A stretch of DNA of 64,000 bases from Minisyncoccota bacterium (GCA_041666045.1 JBAYHR010000002.1:18773-82772), one strand, 5' to 3'; shown: positions 8,877 to 18,786, counted from the stretch's first letter. Program-made: numbers and translations. Notes: generated by a model not told the origin, from the letters alone.

Positions 8877-9977
8877 ATGAAAAAAAATGAATTATTGCAA
8901 TCAGTGAAAGTTATAATATTAGGTCTTGTGCTTAGTGTAGGAATAGCGTTTGTATTTTCTGCTGGGATAGGAACAGGTAGTGTTCCACCAAGCAACAACG
9001 TTCCAGGGCCTATAAATACTGGAACTTTAGATCAGATTAAAAATGGTGGACTGTCAGTAAATGCTTTCTTGGTTGCAGGTGATTCATTTTTTAATGGTTT
9101 AGTTACTCTTGGTAATTTTATAGGAGGTGGGAATAAACCACTTTGCGTAGATAATAGTGGAAATATCACTACTGTTTGTCCTGAAGCGGTTCCTGTTGTA
9201 AATCCTCCTGTTGTTGCATTACCAACAGTAACAACTTCATTAGTTTCAGCAATAACTCAAACTACTGCCACTAGTGGTGGAAACGTAACTTCAGATGGCG
9301 GAGCAATTGTAACAGTATCTGGTATCGTGTGGAATACTTCAGTTGATCCTTCAACAAGTAATAATATTGGTAAAACAACAGATGGATGGGCTATTGGTGG
9401 TCCTTGGTCAAGTAATTTGACTGGATTATCAGCTGGCACTATTTATTTTGTTCGTGCTTATGCGACAAATAGTGTAGGTACAAGTTATGGTGGAAATATT
9501 CAATTTACAACAACCGCAGGTTCTTCTACTCCTACATTGCCAACTGTTGAAACAGTTATACTAGCACAAACTACAATAAACACTTATATGACAGATCCTT
9601 ATCCAATTTTTGGTGTTGCTAATATAACTAACACTGGTGGAGCACCTGTAACACATTATGGTCTTGTACACAGAGGGGGTACAACAGCATTTCCTTGTAG
9701 TATGACTGTTAATACGCCTATTACGCTGAATCAAACGAACGGTTATGGTGGTGTTACTGGTGGTACTGCTGGTTCTAGTGATACAAATTGGCCTATTAAT
9801 CAGAATATTAGTTCGCCTACTGTTATTAATTCACCTAGGGTAGTAATAGGAAGAATAGGGGCATCTGATGGTAATCCTAATAATGGTAGTGGTAATAGTA
9901 CTAGCGGTGTTTGTGTTCGCGCTTATGCCACAAACAGTGTAGGGACAGCTTATGGTAATCTTCTTTATTTTAATTAA
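8877..9977 (+). CDS. Secreted surface protein, paralog family A, with two internal VRAYATNSVGT(S/A)YG repeats
   Basis: Same N-terminus as the 8490 gene. Gly/Thr/Ser/Asn-rich beta-type sequence with two repeated modules. Confidence 0.65.
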   Translation: MKKNELLQSVKVIILGLVLSVGIAFVFSAGIGTGSVPPSNNVPGPINTGTLDQIKNGGLSVNAFLVAGDSFFNGLVTLGNFIGGGNKPLCVDNSGNITTVCPEAVPVVNPPVVALPTVTTSLVSAITQTTATSGGNVTSDGGAIVTVSGIVWNTSVDPSTSNNIGKTTDGWAIGGPWSSNLTGLSAGTIYFVRAYATNSVGTSYGGNIQFTTTAGSSTPTLPTVETVILAQTTINTYMTDPYPIFGVANITNTGGAPVTHYGLVHRGGTTAFPCSMTVNTPITLNQTNGYGGVTGGTAGSSDTNWPINQNISSPTVINSPRVVIGRIGASDGNPNNGSGNSTSGVCVRAYATNSVGTAYGNLLYFN

Positions 9978-10017
9978 TAAGTAAGGTTTTGTTTTATTAA
10001 AAAATAAAAAATATGAA

Positions 10018-10048
10018 GCAAAAAATCCCCATTTGGGGATTTTTTGAT
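10018..10048. terminator. Palindromic terminator aaaaaatcccc-atttg-gggattttttga (a variant of the 42403/43659 palindrome)
   Basis: Perfect stem with flanking A-run and T-run. Confidence 0.7.
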
Positions 10049-10059
10049 ATAATGGTTTT

Positions 10060-10812
10060 ATGTCTAAAAAAATAATTATCGGAAATTGGAAAATGAATCC
10101 TTCATCTTTAAGACAAGCTGAGGATCTTTTTAAATCTATTCAAAAAACTATATCCTATAATCTAAAAATTGATGTTGTAATTTGTCCGCCATATGTTTAT
10201 TTAGAAAGATTAAAAAAACTTTCTAAAAAGGTAGCATTAGGAGCTCAAAATGTTTCTTGGCAAGAGAAAGGTGCATTTACAGGAGAAATTTCTGCAGAAA
10301 TGTTAAAAGATATTGGAGTAAAATATGTTATTTTAGGCCATTCTGAGAGACGCGTAATGGATGAAAATAATATTGATATAAATAAAAAAACAAAAATGGC
10401 ATTTTCTTTTAATCTTATACCCATACTTTGCATTGGAGAAAAAGAAAGAGACGAGAATCACGAATATTTAAATTTTATTAAAAAACAAATAGAAGAATGT
10501 TTGGCGGGAGTAATAAAAAATTCTATTTCAAAAATAATTATTGCGTACGAGCCTGTCTGGGCAATAGGGAAAGGAGCAATTAGACAAGCAAGTCCCGAAG
10601 AATTTCGTGAGATGAGAATTTTTATTAAAAAAGTTTTAAGTGATAAATTTGGAGCGAAAATTGTTGAGAAAGTAAAAATAATTTATGGTGGTTCAGTTCA
10701 TAAAGAAAATGCGGTTGAGTTTTTGAAAGAAAATGCTGATGGTTTTCTTGTTGGAAGAGATAGTTTGGATTCAAAAAAATTTACAGAAATTATAAAGATA
10801 TGCGAAGCATAA
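10060..10812 (+). CDS. tpiA: Triosephosphate isomerase
   Basis: GNWKMN N-terminal motif, ILGHSERR, YEPVWAIGKG. Confidence 0.95.
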   Translation: MSKKIIIGNWKMNPSSLRQAEDLFKSIQKTISYNLKIDVVICPPYVYLERLKKLSKKVALGAQNVSWQEKGAFTGEISAEMLKDIGVKYVILGHSERRVMDENNIDINKKTKMAFSFNLIPILCIGEKERDENHEYLNFIKKQIEECLAGVIKNSISKIIIAYEPVWAIGKGAIRQASPEEFREMRIFIKKVLSDKFGAKIVEKVKIIYGGSVHKENAVEFLKENADGFLVGRDSLDSKKFTEIIKICEA

Positions 10813-11876
10813 AAACAATAAAAAATATAAAAGGAAAAACAGCGCTTGTTCGTGTGGATTTTAATGTACCCATTAAGGATGGAAAAGTGGAAGATGATTT
10901 TAGAATTAGAAAAGCATTACCAACGATAAATTTTTTAATAAAAAAAGGCGCGCAAATTATTTTAATAACTCATTTAGGGAAAGATGGCACAGCAAGTTTA
11001 GAGCCTGTTATTAAACATTTCTTTAAAATTTCTAAATTATCAAAGTCTAAAGTTGAATTTTTTGAAAATGTAAGAAAATTTTCAGGGGAAATGGATAATA
11101 ATGTTCATTTTGAGAGAAATCTTTCAAGATTAGGGGATTTTTATGTGAATGAGGCTTTCTCTGTTTCTCACCGCGCGCATACGTCTATAGTTGGCATACC
11201 AAAACATTTACCAAGTTATGCAGGTTTTCAAATGGAAGAAGAAATAAAAAATCTTTTAAAAGCTATTAAAAATCCCAAACATCCTTTTCTTTTTATTTTA
11301 GGAGGAGCAAAGTTTTCAACTAAAATGCCTTTGATTAAAAAATATTTAAAGCTCGCAGATTATGTTTTTATAGGTGGGGCGTTGCTTGATGATTTTCTGA
11401 AAGCTGAAGGTTTTGAAGTAGGGAAGTCTCTAGTTGATGATTCAAAAGGGATAAAAGAAATTTTAAAAAACAAAAAATTAATTCTACCCACAGATGTGGT
11501 TGTGAAAAGTGGGGATAAATTAATAAATAAAAAATCAAATGAAGTTAAAAAAGATGAAATTATTTTAGATGTCGGCACAGAATCTGTGAAATTATTGGAG
11601 CCTTTGATTAAAAAATCAAAACTTATTCTTTGGAACGGGCCACTTGGTAAATATGAAACAAAAGGAGGAGATAAAGCTACAAAAGAAATTTTAAAAACAG
11701 TTATTAAATCAAAAGCTCAAGTTATTATCGGTGGAGGTGATCTTGTAGAAGTTTTGTCTACTCTAAAAGCTAAAAGCTATAAGCTAAAACCTAACATGTT
11801 TGTTTCTACAGGAGGTGGTGCAACGTTAGATTTTCTTGCCAATGGTACACTTCCAGGAATTAAAGCGCTTGGATAA
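10800..11876 (+). CDS. pgk: Phosphoglycerate kinase (short, 358 aa)
   Basis: RVDFNVP and RIRKALPTI motifs. A Gly-rich GGGA/GGGD nucleotide-binding region. Overlaps tpiA by 13 nt. Confidence 0.88.
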   Translation: MRSIKTIKNIKGKTALVRVDFNVPIKDGKVEDDFRIRKALPTINFLIKKGAQIILITHLGKDGTASLEPVIKHFFKISKLSKSKVEFFENVRKFSGEMDNNVHFERNLSRLGDFYVNEAFSVSHRAHTSIVGIPKHLPSYAGFQMEEEIKNLLKAIKNPKHPFLFILGGAKFSTKMPLIKKYLKLADYVFIGGALLDDFLKAEGFEVGKSLVDDSKGIKEILKNKKLILPTDVVVKSGDKLINKKSNEVKKDEIILDVGTESVKLLEPLIKKSKLILWNGPLGKYETKGGDKATKEILKTVIKSKAQVIIGGGDLVEVLSTLKAKSYKLKPNMFVSTGGGATLDFLANGTLPGIKALG

Positions 11877-12252
11877 TTCTTTTAACTAATTCAGTTGGTT
11901 CTCCTTCTTGGTATTTTTTTCTTGGAAATTTAGGGAGATTGTCGTCAAAATATCTTGGGATTAAATGAATATGAAAATGTGGAACTTCCTCACCGTTTAC
12001 ACTAACTTGTACATAATCACATTTCATACTTATTTTCATTGCAATCATTATTTTTTTTGTAAGTTTAAAAATTTCAGAAATTGTTTTATCGTCTGAGTCT
12101 TGCATCCAAATAATATGTTTTTTAGGAATTACTAAAAGATGTCCATGAGAAACTGGTTGTATATCCAAAAAAACTAGAAAATCTTTATCTTCATAAATTT
12201 TATCGCAAGGGATTTCTCCTTTTGTTATTTTGCAAAAAATACAGTTTTCCAT
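11860..12252 (-). CDS. HIT-family (histidine triad) nucleotide hydrolase
   Basis: HVPHFHIHLIP histidine-triad motif and an N-terminal C-x-F-C. Confidence 0.9.
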   Translation of the reverse strand: MENCIFCKITKGEIPCDKIYEDKDFLVFLDIQPVSHGHLLVIPKKHIIWMQDSDDKTISEIFKLTKKIMIAMKISMKCDYVQVSVNGEEVPHFHIHLIPRYFDDNLPKFPRKKYQEGEPTELVKRIIQAL

Positions 12253-12267
12253 TATTTAAATATATCA

Positions 12268-12302
12268 AATTTTAGGAATAAAAAAAGCGCCACCCTCCTT
12301 GG
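12268..12302 (-). terminator. Intrinsic terminator (gcgctacc-aaggag-ggtggcgc + U-run) after the 12326 gene
   Basis: 8-bp stem followed by 7 T on the minus strand. The loop is the SD-like AAGGAG. Confidence 0.6.
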
Positions 12303-12325
12303 TAGCGCATAAACGTTTAATTTTT

Positions 12326-12667
12326 TTACTTAAGCAACTTCGAATCTTTTGGGATTTCAAAGGAATATTTTCTTTTGTTTCTTTTTTCGAAAACTTTTCC
12401 TCTGGAATCTTTTTTATTCCCAACAAATTTGTGACCAATGAAACTTAATTTTCCGTCATTTTCACCCATAAATCTTCCAGTAAGGAATTTTCTTTTTTCA
12501 TTGTCTTTACTTTTCCAGGTTTTCCTAATAGGAGAACTTTTTACTTCAATAATTTTTTTAAAAGAGTAAAGTTTTCCTTTAACAGGAGATTCATCACTGC
12601 CCCATACTACAGGAGCATCATCGATTTTTGTACTCATGTTGCTTAGTTTTAAAGATTTAAAAAACAA
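12326..12667 (-). CDS. Basic hypothetical protein (113 aa)
   Basis: ORF followed by a terminator. Lys-rich. No motif recognised. Confidence 0.45.
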   Translation of the reverse strand: MFFKSLKLSNMSTKIDDAPVVWGSDESPVKGKLYSFKKIIEVKSSPIRKTWKSKDNEKRKFLTGRFMGENDGKLSFIGHKFVGNKKDSRGKVFEKRNKRKYSFEIPKDSKLLK

Positions 12668-12749
12668 GATAATTATCTAATAATTAGTTTACATAAAAAA
12701 AATTAAATGTCAAAGATTTTATAAATTTTTATTATGTTATAATTTTTGG

Positions 12750-14399
12750 ATGAAAAATTTTTCAGAGCTTCTTCAAACATTGCTTCAAAAAAGGGGAATC
12801 ATAAACATTGAAGACGCAGATATATTTTTAAATCCAAATTATGAAAAAGATTTCAAGGATCCTTTTTTGATGCACGATATGGAGAAAGCTTGTGTGAGAC
12901 TTTTTGAAGCGATAGATACAAATGAAAAAATAATTATTTATGCGGATTATGATTGTGATGGCATTCCAGGGGCAGTTATTTTGCAGAATTTATTTAAAAA
13001 AATTAATTTTAAAAATTATGAAGTTTACATTCCTCAGAGAAATTCCGAAGGGTATGGACTCAATCTTGAAGCTATAAAAATTTTTGCTGATAAGAGAGTG
13101 AAACTTTTAATCACAGTCGATCTTGGCATCACTGCAATTGCTGAAGTAGCTCAAGCTGAAGTGGATGGTATTGATGTAATAATTACAGATCATCATTTAC
13201 CACAAGAAACACTACCTCGAGCTTATGCAATTTTGAATCCTAAGGTGGATAATTATCCAGAAAAGATGCTCTGTGGTGCTGGAGTTGTTTTTAAATTTGT
13301 TCAAGGTTTTATAAAAAAATATGGAGAATATTTTAAAATAAATTCTGGTTGGGAAAAGTGGCTTCTTGATATGGCTGGCATTGCTACACTTTCTGATATG
13401 GTTCCACTTACGGGAGAGAATAGAGCGTTCGCATATTTTGGAATGAAAGTTTTAAGAAAAACTCCACGTTTAGGTTTGCAAAAACTTTTTGCAAAAATGA
13501 ATATAGATCAGAAACATCTTACAGAAGATGATATTAGTTTTATGGTCGTGCCGAAATTAAATGCAGCTTCTCGTATGGACGACCCTATGAGAGCTTATGA
13601 AATACTTTCTACAGATGATGTGGCAGAGGCAGGAGCTTTAGCGAACCATTTATCAAAAATAAATGACGATAGGAAATTAATTGTCGCAGGAATAATGCGT
13701 GAAGTAAATAAAAAATTTGAGAAAAGAGAATTGAAAGATGTGATAGTGGTAGGTAATCCTCTTTGGAAAGTCGGAGTGCTTGGTATTGTAGCTGGAAAAA
13801 TTTCTGATGAATATGAAAAGCCAGTTTTTGTGTGGGGTAAAGATGAGAATGATTGCATTAAAGGATCTTGCAGGTCAGATGGTTCTGTTTCAGTTGTTGA
13901 GCTTATGACAAGCATATCAGATTCATTTTTAGAATTCGGCGGGCATGAGCTTGCCGGGGGTTTCACTGTTTCTAATGAGAAGATTCATTTCTTAGAAGAT
14001 GAACTATCTGTCTCTTTTAATAAGATTAAAAAAATAAAAACGATAGATGATATTTCTTATGATGTTAAATCAGATTTGAGTATCGTTAATATGAAAAATT
14101 ATAAAGAAATAGAAAAACTTGCTCCGTTTGGAATAGGGAACATTAAACCTTCTTTTCTTTTTGAAAATGTGAAAATAGATAAGATAAAAAAGTTTGGGAA
14201 GAATGGTTCTGGGGAGCATTTAGAAATATCTTTTTCTGATTCTCGAGGTAGCGCTAAAGCTATTTCTTTTTTCTCAACTGTTAATTCTTTTAAGAATAAA
14301 TTAAGTGAAGGTTTGGGAGTTAATTTATTAGCAAACTTTGATCTTTCAAGATTTCGAGGAAAAGAAGAGCTTCGTTTGAGAATTATTGATATACTTTAA
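12750..14399 (+). CDS. recJ: Single-stranded-DNA-specific exonuclease RecJ
   Basis: DHH-family motifs (IIYADYDCDGIPGA, ITDHH), DHHA1-like GGHELAGG. Confidence 0.9.
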   Translation: MKNFSELLQTLLQKRGIINIEDADIFLNPNYEKDFKDPFLMHDMEKACVRLFEAIDTNEKIIIYADYDCDGIPGAVILQNLFKKINFKNYEVYIPQRNSEGYGLNLEAIKIFADKRVKLLITVDLGITAIAEVAQAEVDGIDVIITDHHLPQETLPRAYAILNPKVDNYPEKMLCGAGVVFKFVQGFIKKYGEYFKINSGWEKWLLDMAGIATLSDMVPLTGENRAFAYFGMKVLRKTPRLGLQKLFAKMNIDQKHLTEDDISFMVVPKLNAASRMDDPMRAYEILSTDDVAEAGALANHLSKINDDRKLIVAGIMREVNKKFEKRELKDVIVVGNPLWKVGVLGIVAGKISDEYEKPVFVWGKDENDCIKGSCRSDGSVSVVELMTSISDSFLEFGGHELAGGFTVSNEKIHFLEDELSVSFNKIKKIKTIDDISYDVKSDLSIVNMKNYKEIEKLAPFGIGNIKPSFLFENVKIDKIKKFGKNGSGEHLEISFSDSRGSAKAISFFSTVNSFKNKLSEGLGVNLLANFDLSRFRGKEELRLRIIDIL

Positions 14400-14471
14400 G
14401 TACTTGTCCCGTTAGAAATTCAACTTACGGGAGTAAAGATAAAATTATTAATATTTAAAATTTCTAATGGG

Positions 14472-14942
14472 ATGAATGAAGATAAAATTATAATTTATTC
14501 AGATGGAGCAGCGAGAGGTAACCCAGGCCTTGCAGGTTGGGGATCTGTTTTTATTTTAGGTAAAAAAGTTTTTGAAATTGGCGGAAGAGAAAAACATGCT
14601 ACAAACAATCAGATGGAACTTACAGCAGCGATTGAAGCCTTAAAATATTTAAAGAGACATTCGCATATTGCACAAGGTAAAAAAATAGAATTTTTTTGTG
14701 ATTCAAAATATGTGATTTTAGGAATTACAGAATGGATACAAAATTGGATGAAAAACAATTGGCGCAACGCTGCCAAAAAACCAGTGCTCAATCGTAATCT
14801 TTGGGAAGAACTTTATTTTCTTAATAAAGAATTTAATCCCAAATGGAATTATGTAGAGGGTCATAGTGGTGATAAATATAATGATCGAGCGGATCTTATT
14901 GCTACAAGTTTTGCAGATGACGAACCTGTGGAACTTTTTTAA
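14472..14942 (+). CDS. rnhA: Ribonuclease HI
   Basis: SDGAARGNPG, ELTAAIEAL, GHSGDKYNDRADLIA (DEDD catalytic residues pattern). Confidence 0.9.
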   Translation: MNEDKIIIYSDGAARGNPGLAGWGSVFILGKKVFEIGGREKHATNNQMELTAAIEALKYLKRHSHIAQGKKIEFFCDSKYVILGITEWIQNWMKNNWRNAAKKPVLNRNLWEELYFLNKEFNPKWNYVEGHSGDKYNDRADLIATSFADDEPVELF

Positions 14943-14974
14943 AAATATATTTTTTAAATTTTTATAATAAAAAA

Positions 14975-16480
14975 ATGCGAGACAAAATTTTTTATTTATC
15001 TTGTTTTGGGTTTGAAATAGGCGTGTTAATCAGTTCATTCTTTTTTGTAAATTTATATTTAATTACGTTAATCAGTATTGTCTTCTTAGGTTTGTTTTTA
15101 TTTTTTTTATTTGTCTCAAAATTAAAATGGTGTATACTTTTTTGTATTTTTATTTTAACTATATCATTAGGAATTTTTAGGTTTCATAATGCAGATAAAC
15201 CAGCTCCTTATGTTTTTGAATCTATAGTTGGAGAGAAAGTTAATTTTAGTGGATTGATAATTGATGAAGTGGATGAAAGAGAAAACAATCAGAAATTAAC
15301 AGTCGAAGTTTTGTCTCCTCAAGGTCTTGACTTGGACTCTTTAAAGGCAAAGCCTTTTCCCGCAAAAACAAAAATTCTTTTAACTGCAGATTTTGAACAA
15401 GAATTTAAATACGGGGATACCATAAATTTTTTTGGAAAACTTGAAAAACCTGAGAATTTTTACACAAACACTGGCAAACTTTTTGATTACATTAATTATT
15501 TACATAAAGATGGGATTTTTTATTTAATAAAAAATCCAACTACGGAAATTATATCTCGTGGTGGTGGAAGTTTTGTAAAAAGAAAACTGTTTTCTTTTAA
15601 AGATAAATTTTTAGATAAAATAAATTTTGTTATACCAGAGCCAGAATCTTTGCTTATGGGTGGACTTATTTTAGGTGAACGATCTTCTTTTGACGAATCA
15701 ATGCGTCAGGCTTTTGTAGATACTGGAACGATACACATTATAGCTTTGTCTGGTTACAATGTGACAATTGTCGCAGAGTGGATTATGAAAATATTTTCTT
15801 TTTTTCCTCGTAATATTTCTTTTAGTTTTGGTATTTTTGGTATTTTACTTTTTGTTGTGATGGCTGGTGGCGCTTCTACTGCTGTGCGAGCAGGAGTAAT
15901 GGCAACCTTAGCGCTTATTGCGCGCGCGACAGGGAGGGATTATGATGTCGCGCGCGCACTTGTGTTTGCTGGTGTAATAATGACGATTCTCAATCCTTTT
16001 GTTTTAGCTTTTGATGTGTCTTTTCAACTTTCTTTTATTGCTACGATTGCTGTGATATTTTTTGCCCCTAAAATGGAAAAATATTTTATGTGGATTACAA
16101 AAAGATTTGGTTTACGCGATGTTGTGTGTATAACTTTTTCTGCTTATCTTTTTGTTTTGCCTTTTATACTTTATAAAATGGGAAATTTGTCTATCGTTGC
16201 ACTGCCAGCAAATATTTTAATTCTTCCATTTATTCCTATTACTATGATTTTTGGTTTTATTACAGGTTTTATAGGACTCATTTGGTCAGTATTTTCAATT
16301 CCTTTTGGTTTTGTTTCTTATTTATTTTTACATTATGAATTATCTATAATTTCCTTTTTCTCACATTTGTCATTTGCGTCTTTTGCAATTCCAAATTTTC
16401 CGTTATTAATTACATTAATAGTTTACACTTATTTTATTTACAGACTTTTTGGAAAAAATATTAAAAAGTTTTTTAACTAA
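14975..16480 (+). CDS. comEC: ComEC/Rec2 competence-channel membrane domain (first part of a split comEC)
   Basis: Polytopic membrane protein with the ComEC signature ...GTIHIIALSGYNVTIV... Confidence 0.8.
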   Translation: MRDKIFYLSCFGFEIGVLISSFFFVNLYLITLISIVFLGLFLFFLFVSKLKWCILFCIFILTISLGIFRFHNADKPAPYVFESIVGEKVNFSGLIIDEVDERENNQKLTVEVLSPQGLDLDSLKAKPFPAKTKILLTADFEQEFKYGDTINFFGKLEKPENFYTNTGKLFDYINYLHKDGIFYLIKNPTTEIISRGGGSFVKRKLFSFKDKFLDKINFVIPEPESLLMGGLILGERSSFDESMRQAFVDTGTIHIIALSGYNVTIVAEWIMKIFSFFPRNISFSFGIFGILLFVVMAGGASTAVRAGVMATLALIARATGRDYDVARALVFAGVIMTILNPFVLAFDVSFQLSFIATIAVIFFAPKMEKYFMWITKRFGLRDVVCITFSAYLFVLPFILYKMGNLSIVALPANILILPFIPITMIFGFITGFIGLIWSVFSIPFGFVSYLFLHYELSIISFFSHLSFASFAIPNFPLLITLIVYTYFIYRLFGKNIKKFFN

Positions 16481-16556
16481 AAATCAAAATATAAAACTTT
16501 TCTGGCGGACAAGACGAAGCCAGTGCCCGCAGGCGAAAAGTTTTATATTTTGATTT
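16481..16556. repeat. Structured element copy A: 21-bp perfect AT-rich stem enclosing a 34-nt GC-rich core (ctggcggacaagacgaagccagtgcccgcaggcg), followed by a T-run
   Basis: Read directly from the sequence. A second copy at 48181-48261 has covarying stems. Confidence 0.8.
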
Positions 16557-16589
16557 TTTATATAAGTGTTTAGATGTTAATATTATCTT

Positions 16590-17459
16590 ATGTTTCAGAA
16601 TTTTAAAAAATATATTTTAGCAAAACTTTTAGTAATTTTTTTTATTGCAACTGTTTTTATTTTTTATATCAGTTGGCAAAACTCGCACAGAGGATTCACT
16701 TTTGCAATGCTTGATGTGGGGCAAGGAGATGCTCTTTTTATAGAGTCTCCGACTGGGATGCAAATATTGTTTGACAGTGGTCCAAATGGAAAAGTTCTAA
16801 GCAAACTTTCAGAGGTTATGCCTTTTTATGACAAAAGCATAGATGCGATAATTATTTCACATCCCGATCAAGATCATATAGGTGGATTTTTAGATGTTTT
16901 AAAAAATTATAAAGTTGGAAAAGTATTTGAATCTGGAACATATAGTGATTCAAAAACTTATCAAAAAATAGAAGAAGAAATTAAAAATCAAAACATACCA
17001 AATATTGTAGTGAAAAAAGATATGAAGTTAGATTTTGGCGGTGGAGTTTTTTTAAATATTTTGTTTCCTGACCGTGATGTGTCTAGTTGGGATACCAATG
17101 ATGGATCAATTGTCGCGCGTCTAACTTATGGTAATACTTCTTTTATGCTCACAGGAGACGCAACGAAAAAAACAGAAGGAATAATTCTTTCAGAAAATTT
17201 ACCAAAAGATTTACAAAGTACATTTTTGAAAGCTGGACATCATGGCTCTCACACTTCTTCGTCTTTAGAATTTGTAAAAACAGTTTTACCTAAATATTCT
17301 CTTATCTCTGTCGGAGAGAAAAATAAATACGGGCATCCGCATAAAGAAACTTTGGATATTTTTTCATCAATCGGCTCTGAAATTTTTCGCACGGATGAAA
17401 AAGGAACAATAGTGATAAAATCTGACGGCCAAAAAGAAATAATTTCATTTTCTAAATAA
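16590..17459 (+). CDS. ComEC C-terminal metallo-beta-lactamase domain encoded as a separate gene
   Basis: MLDVGQGDA...IISHPDQDHIGG...GHHGS motifs with an N-terminal TM helix. Confidence 0.8.
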   Translation: MFQNFKKYILAKLLVIFFIATVFIFYISWQNSHRGFTFAMLDVGQGDALFIESPTGMQILFDSGPNGKVLSKLSEVMPFYDKSIDAIIISHPDQDHIGGFLDVLKNYKVGKVFESGTYSDSKTYQKIEEEIKNQNIPNIVVKKDMKLDFGGGVFLNILFPDRDVSSWDTNDGSIVARLTYGNTSFMLTGDATKKTEGIILSENLPKDLQSTFLKAGHHGSHTSSSLEFVKTVLPKYSLISVGEKNKYGHPHKETLDIFSSIGSEIFRTDEKGTIVIKSDGQKEIISFSK

Positions 17460-17522
17460 TTTGACTTTTTGGTGTAAGTCTAGTATTATTGTATTAAATA
17501 AATACATTAAAAATAAAATAAA

Positions 17523-18746
17523 ATGAAAAAATTAGTGGTGTTTTTTCTGTTTGCAATTCTAGGAATTGAAACAGTATTTGCGCAAAAAGGTATTAGTTTT
17601 GAAAACGGAGGAGATAAAGCTCTTGTTGAAATATATAAAGAACCAAATTTAGAGAAAATTCTTGAAAAAGCAAAAAAAGAAAATAAAATTGTTTTTATAG
17701 ATTGCTACACCTCTTGGTGCGCCCCATGTAAACAAATGTCTAAAAATGTTTTCACCAATGATACAATTGGAGATTTCTTTAATTCACATTTTGTATGCAT
17801 TAAAATGGATATGGAAAAAGGAGAAGGAAAAGTTTTTGCAAAGAAATATGAAATAGGATGTTATCCAACTTTTCTTTTTTTAGATGGTAATGGAAATGTA
17901 ATTTACAGAATAAGTAGTTCTTATTCTGTTCAAGAATTTTTTGAAATAGGTAAAAAAGTACTTTTACAAGAAAAACCATATTACATTTTGGAAAATGAAT
18001 ACAAAAAGGATAGTCTTTCCCGTCAAGATTTTATTTCTTATATGAAATTACGTAAAACTTCGTGTCTAGAAGTTGATTCGGAGGTTCAAAAATACTTCAC
18101 TATTTTTAGTTCTGACAGTGAGAATGCTAGATTAGATTGGTCCGTTATACGGGACTTCGGTTTAGATATCAATTCACCCACTTTTAAGTTTTTAGTTTCA
18201 AATAAAGAAATCTTCTATCAGGTTTACACTAAAGATTCTGTGAATAACGTAATTGAAAATTTATACAAAAATGAATTTGATAAATGTTTTTATCCAAAAT
18301 TTGACAGCTTAAATTATTTAAGTTTGAAAGCGGAATTACTTAGTTCAGATTTTGTTTTTTCTCAAAAACTTATCACAACAACAGACTTAAATTTTTTTTC
18401 AATTACAAAAGATTGGAAAAAATATGCTAACGTAACAGTTACTTATGTTGATAATTATCTTAAAAAAGATGATTATTTAACATTAAATGAATTAGCTTGG
18501 GTATTTTATAAACACATAGATGCCGTTATTTATCTTGATATGGCAATTGACTGGGCAAAATGTTCAGTTGAATTGCATAAAGAGACATATAATATGGATA
18601 CTTATGCATGTTTATTATTTAAAACAAAAAAATATGAAGAGGCGTTGAAAGTTGCTGAAGAAGCTGTTCAGTTTCAAAAAGAAGCTGGACAAAACCCACC
18701 TGACACTGAAAAATTGCTTAATGAAATAAAAAAAGCAATGAAATAA
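17523..18746 (+). CDS. Secreted thioredoxin-fold protein (WCAPC active site) with a C-terminal helical domain
   Basis: Signal peptide ending VFAQ. CYTSWCAPCK thioredoxin motif. Confidence 0.75.
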   Translation: MKKLVVFFLFAILGIETVFAQKGISFENGGDKALVEIYKEPNLEKILEKAKKENKIVFIDCYTSWCAPCKQMSKNVFTNDTIGDFFNSHFVCIKMDMEKGEGKVFAKKYEIGCYPTFLFLDGNGNVIYRISSSYSVQEFFEIGKKVLLQEKPYYILENEYKKDSLSRQDFISYMKLRKTSCLEVDSEVQKYFTIFSSDSENARLDWSVIRDFGLDINSPTFKFLVSNKEIFYQVYTKDSVNNVIENLYKNEFDKCFYPKFDSLNYLSLKAELLSSDFVFSQKLITTTDLNFFSITKDWKKYANVTVTYVDNYLKKDDYLTLNELAWVFYKHIDAVIYLDMAIDWAKCSVELHKETYNMDTYACLLFKTKKYEEALKVAEEAVQFQKEAGQNPPDTEKLLNEIKKAMK

Positions 18747-18749
18747 TAT

Positions 18750-18786
18750 TAAACACGCAAAACTAAGATTTTGCGTGTTTTTTTAA
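18750..18786 (+). terminator. Intrinsic terminator (acacgcaaaa-ctaag-attttgcgtgt + T-run)
   Basis: Perfect 10-bp stem followed by tttttt. Confidence 0.75.

Noticed and set aside
12268-12302. Hairpin with an AAGGAG loop and CCTCCTT in the stem, as a possible member of the GC-rich repeat family
   Set aside because: It shares only the SD/anti-SD words. It has a single stem followed by a U-run in the right place to terminate the 12326 gene. It is treated as an ordinary terminator.
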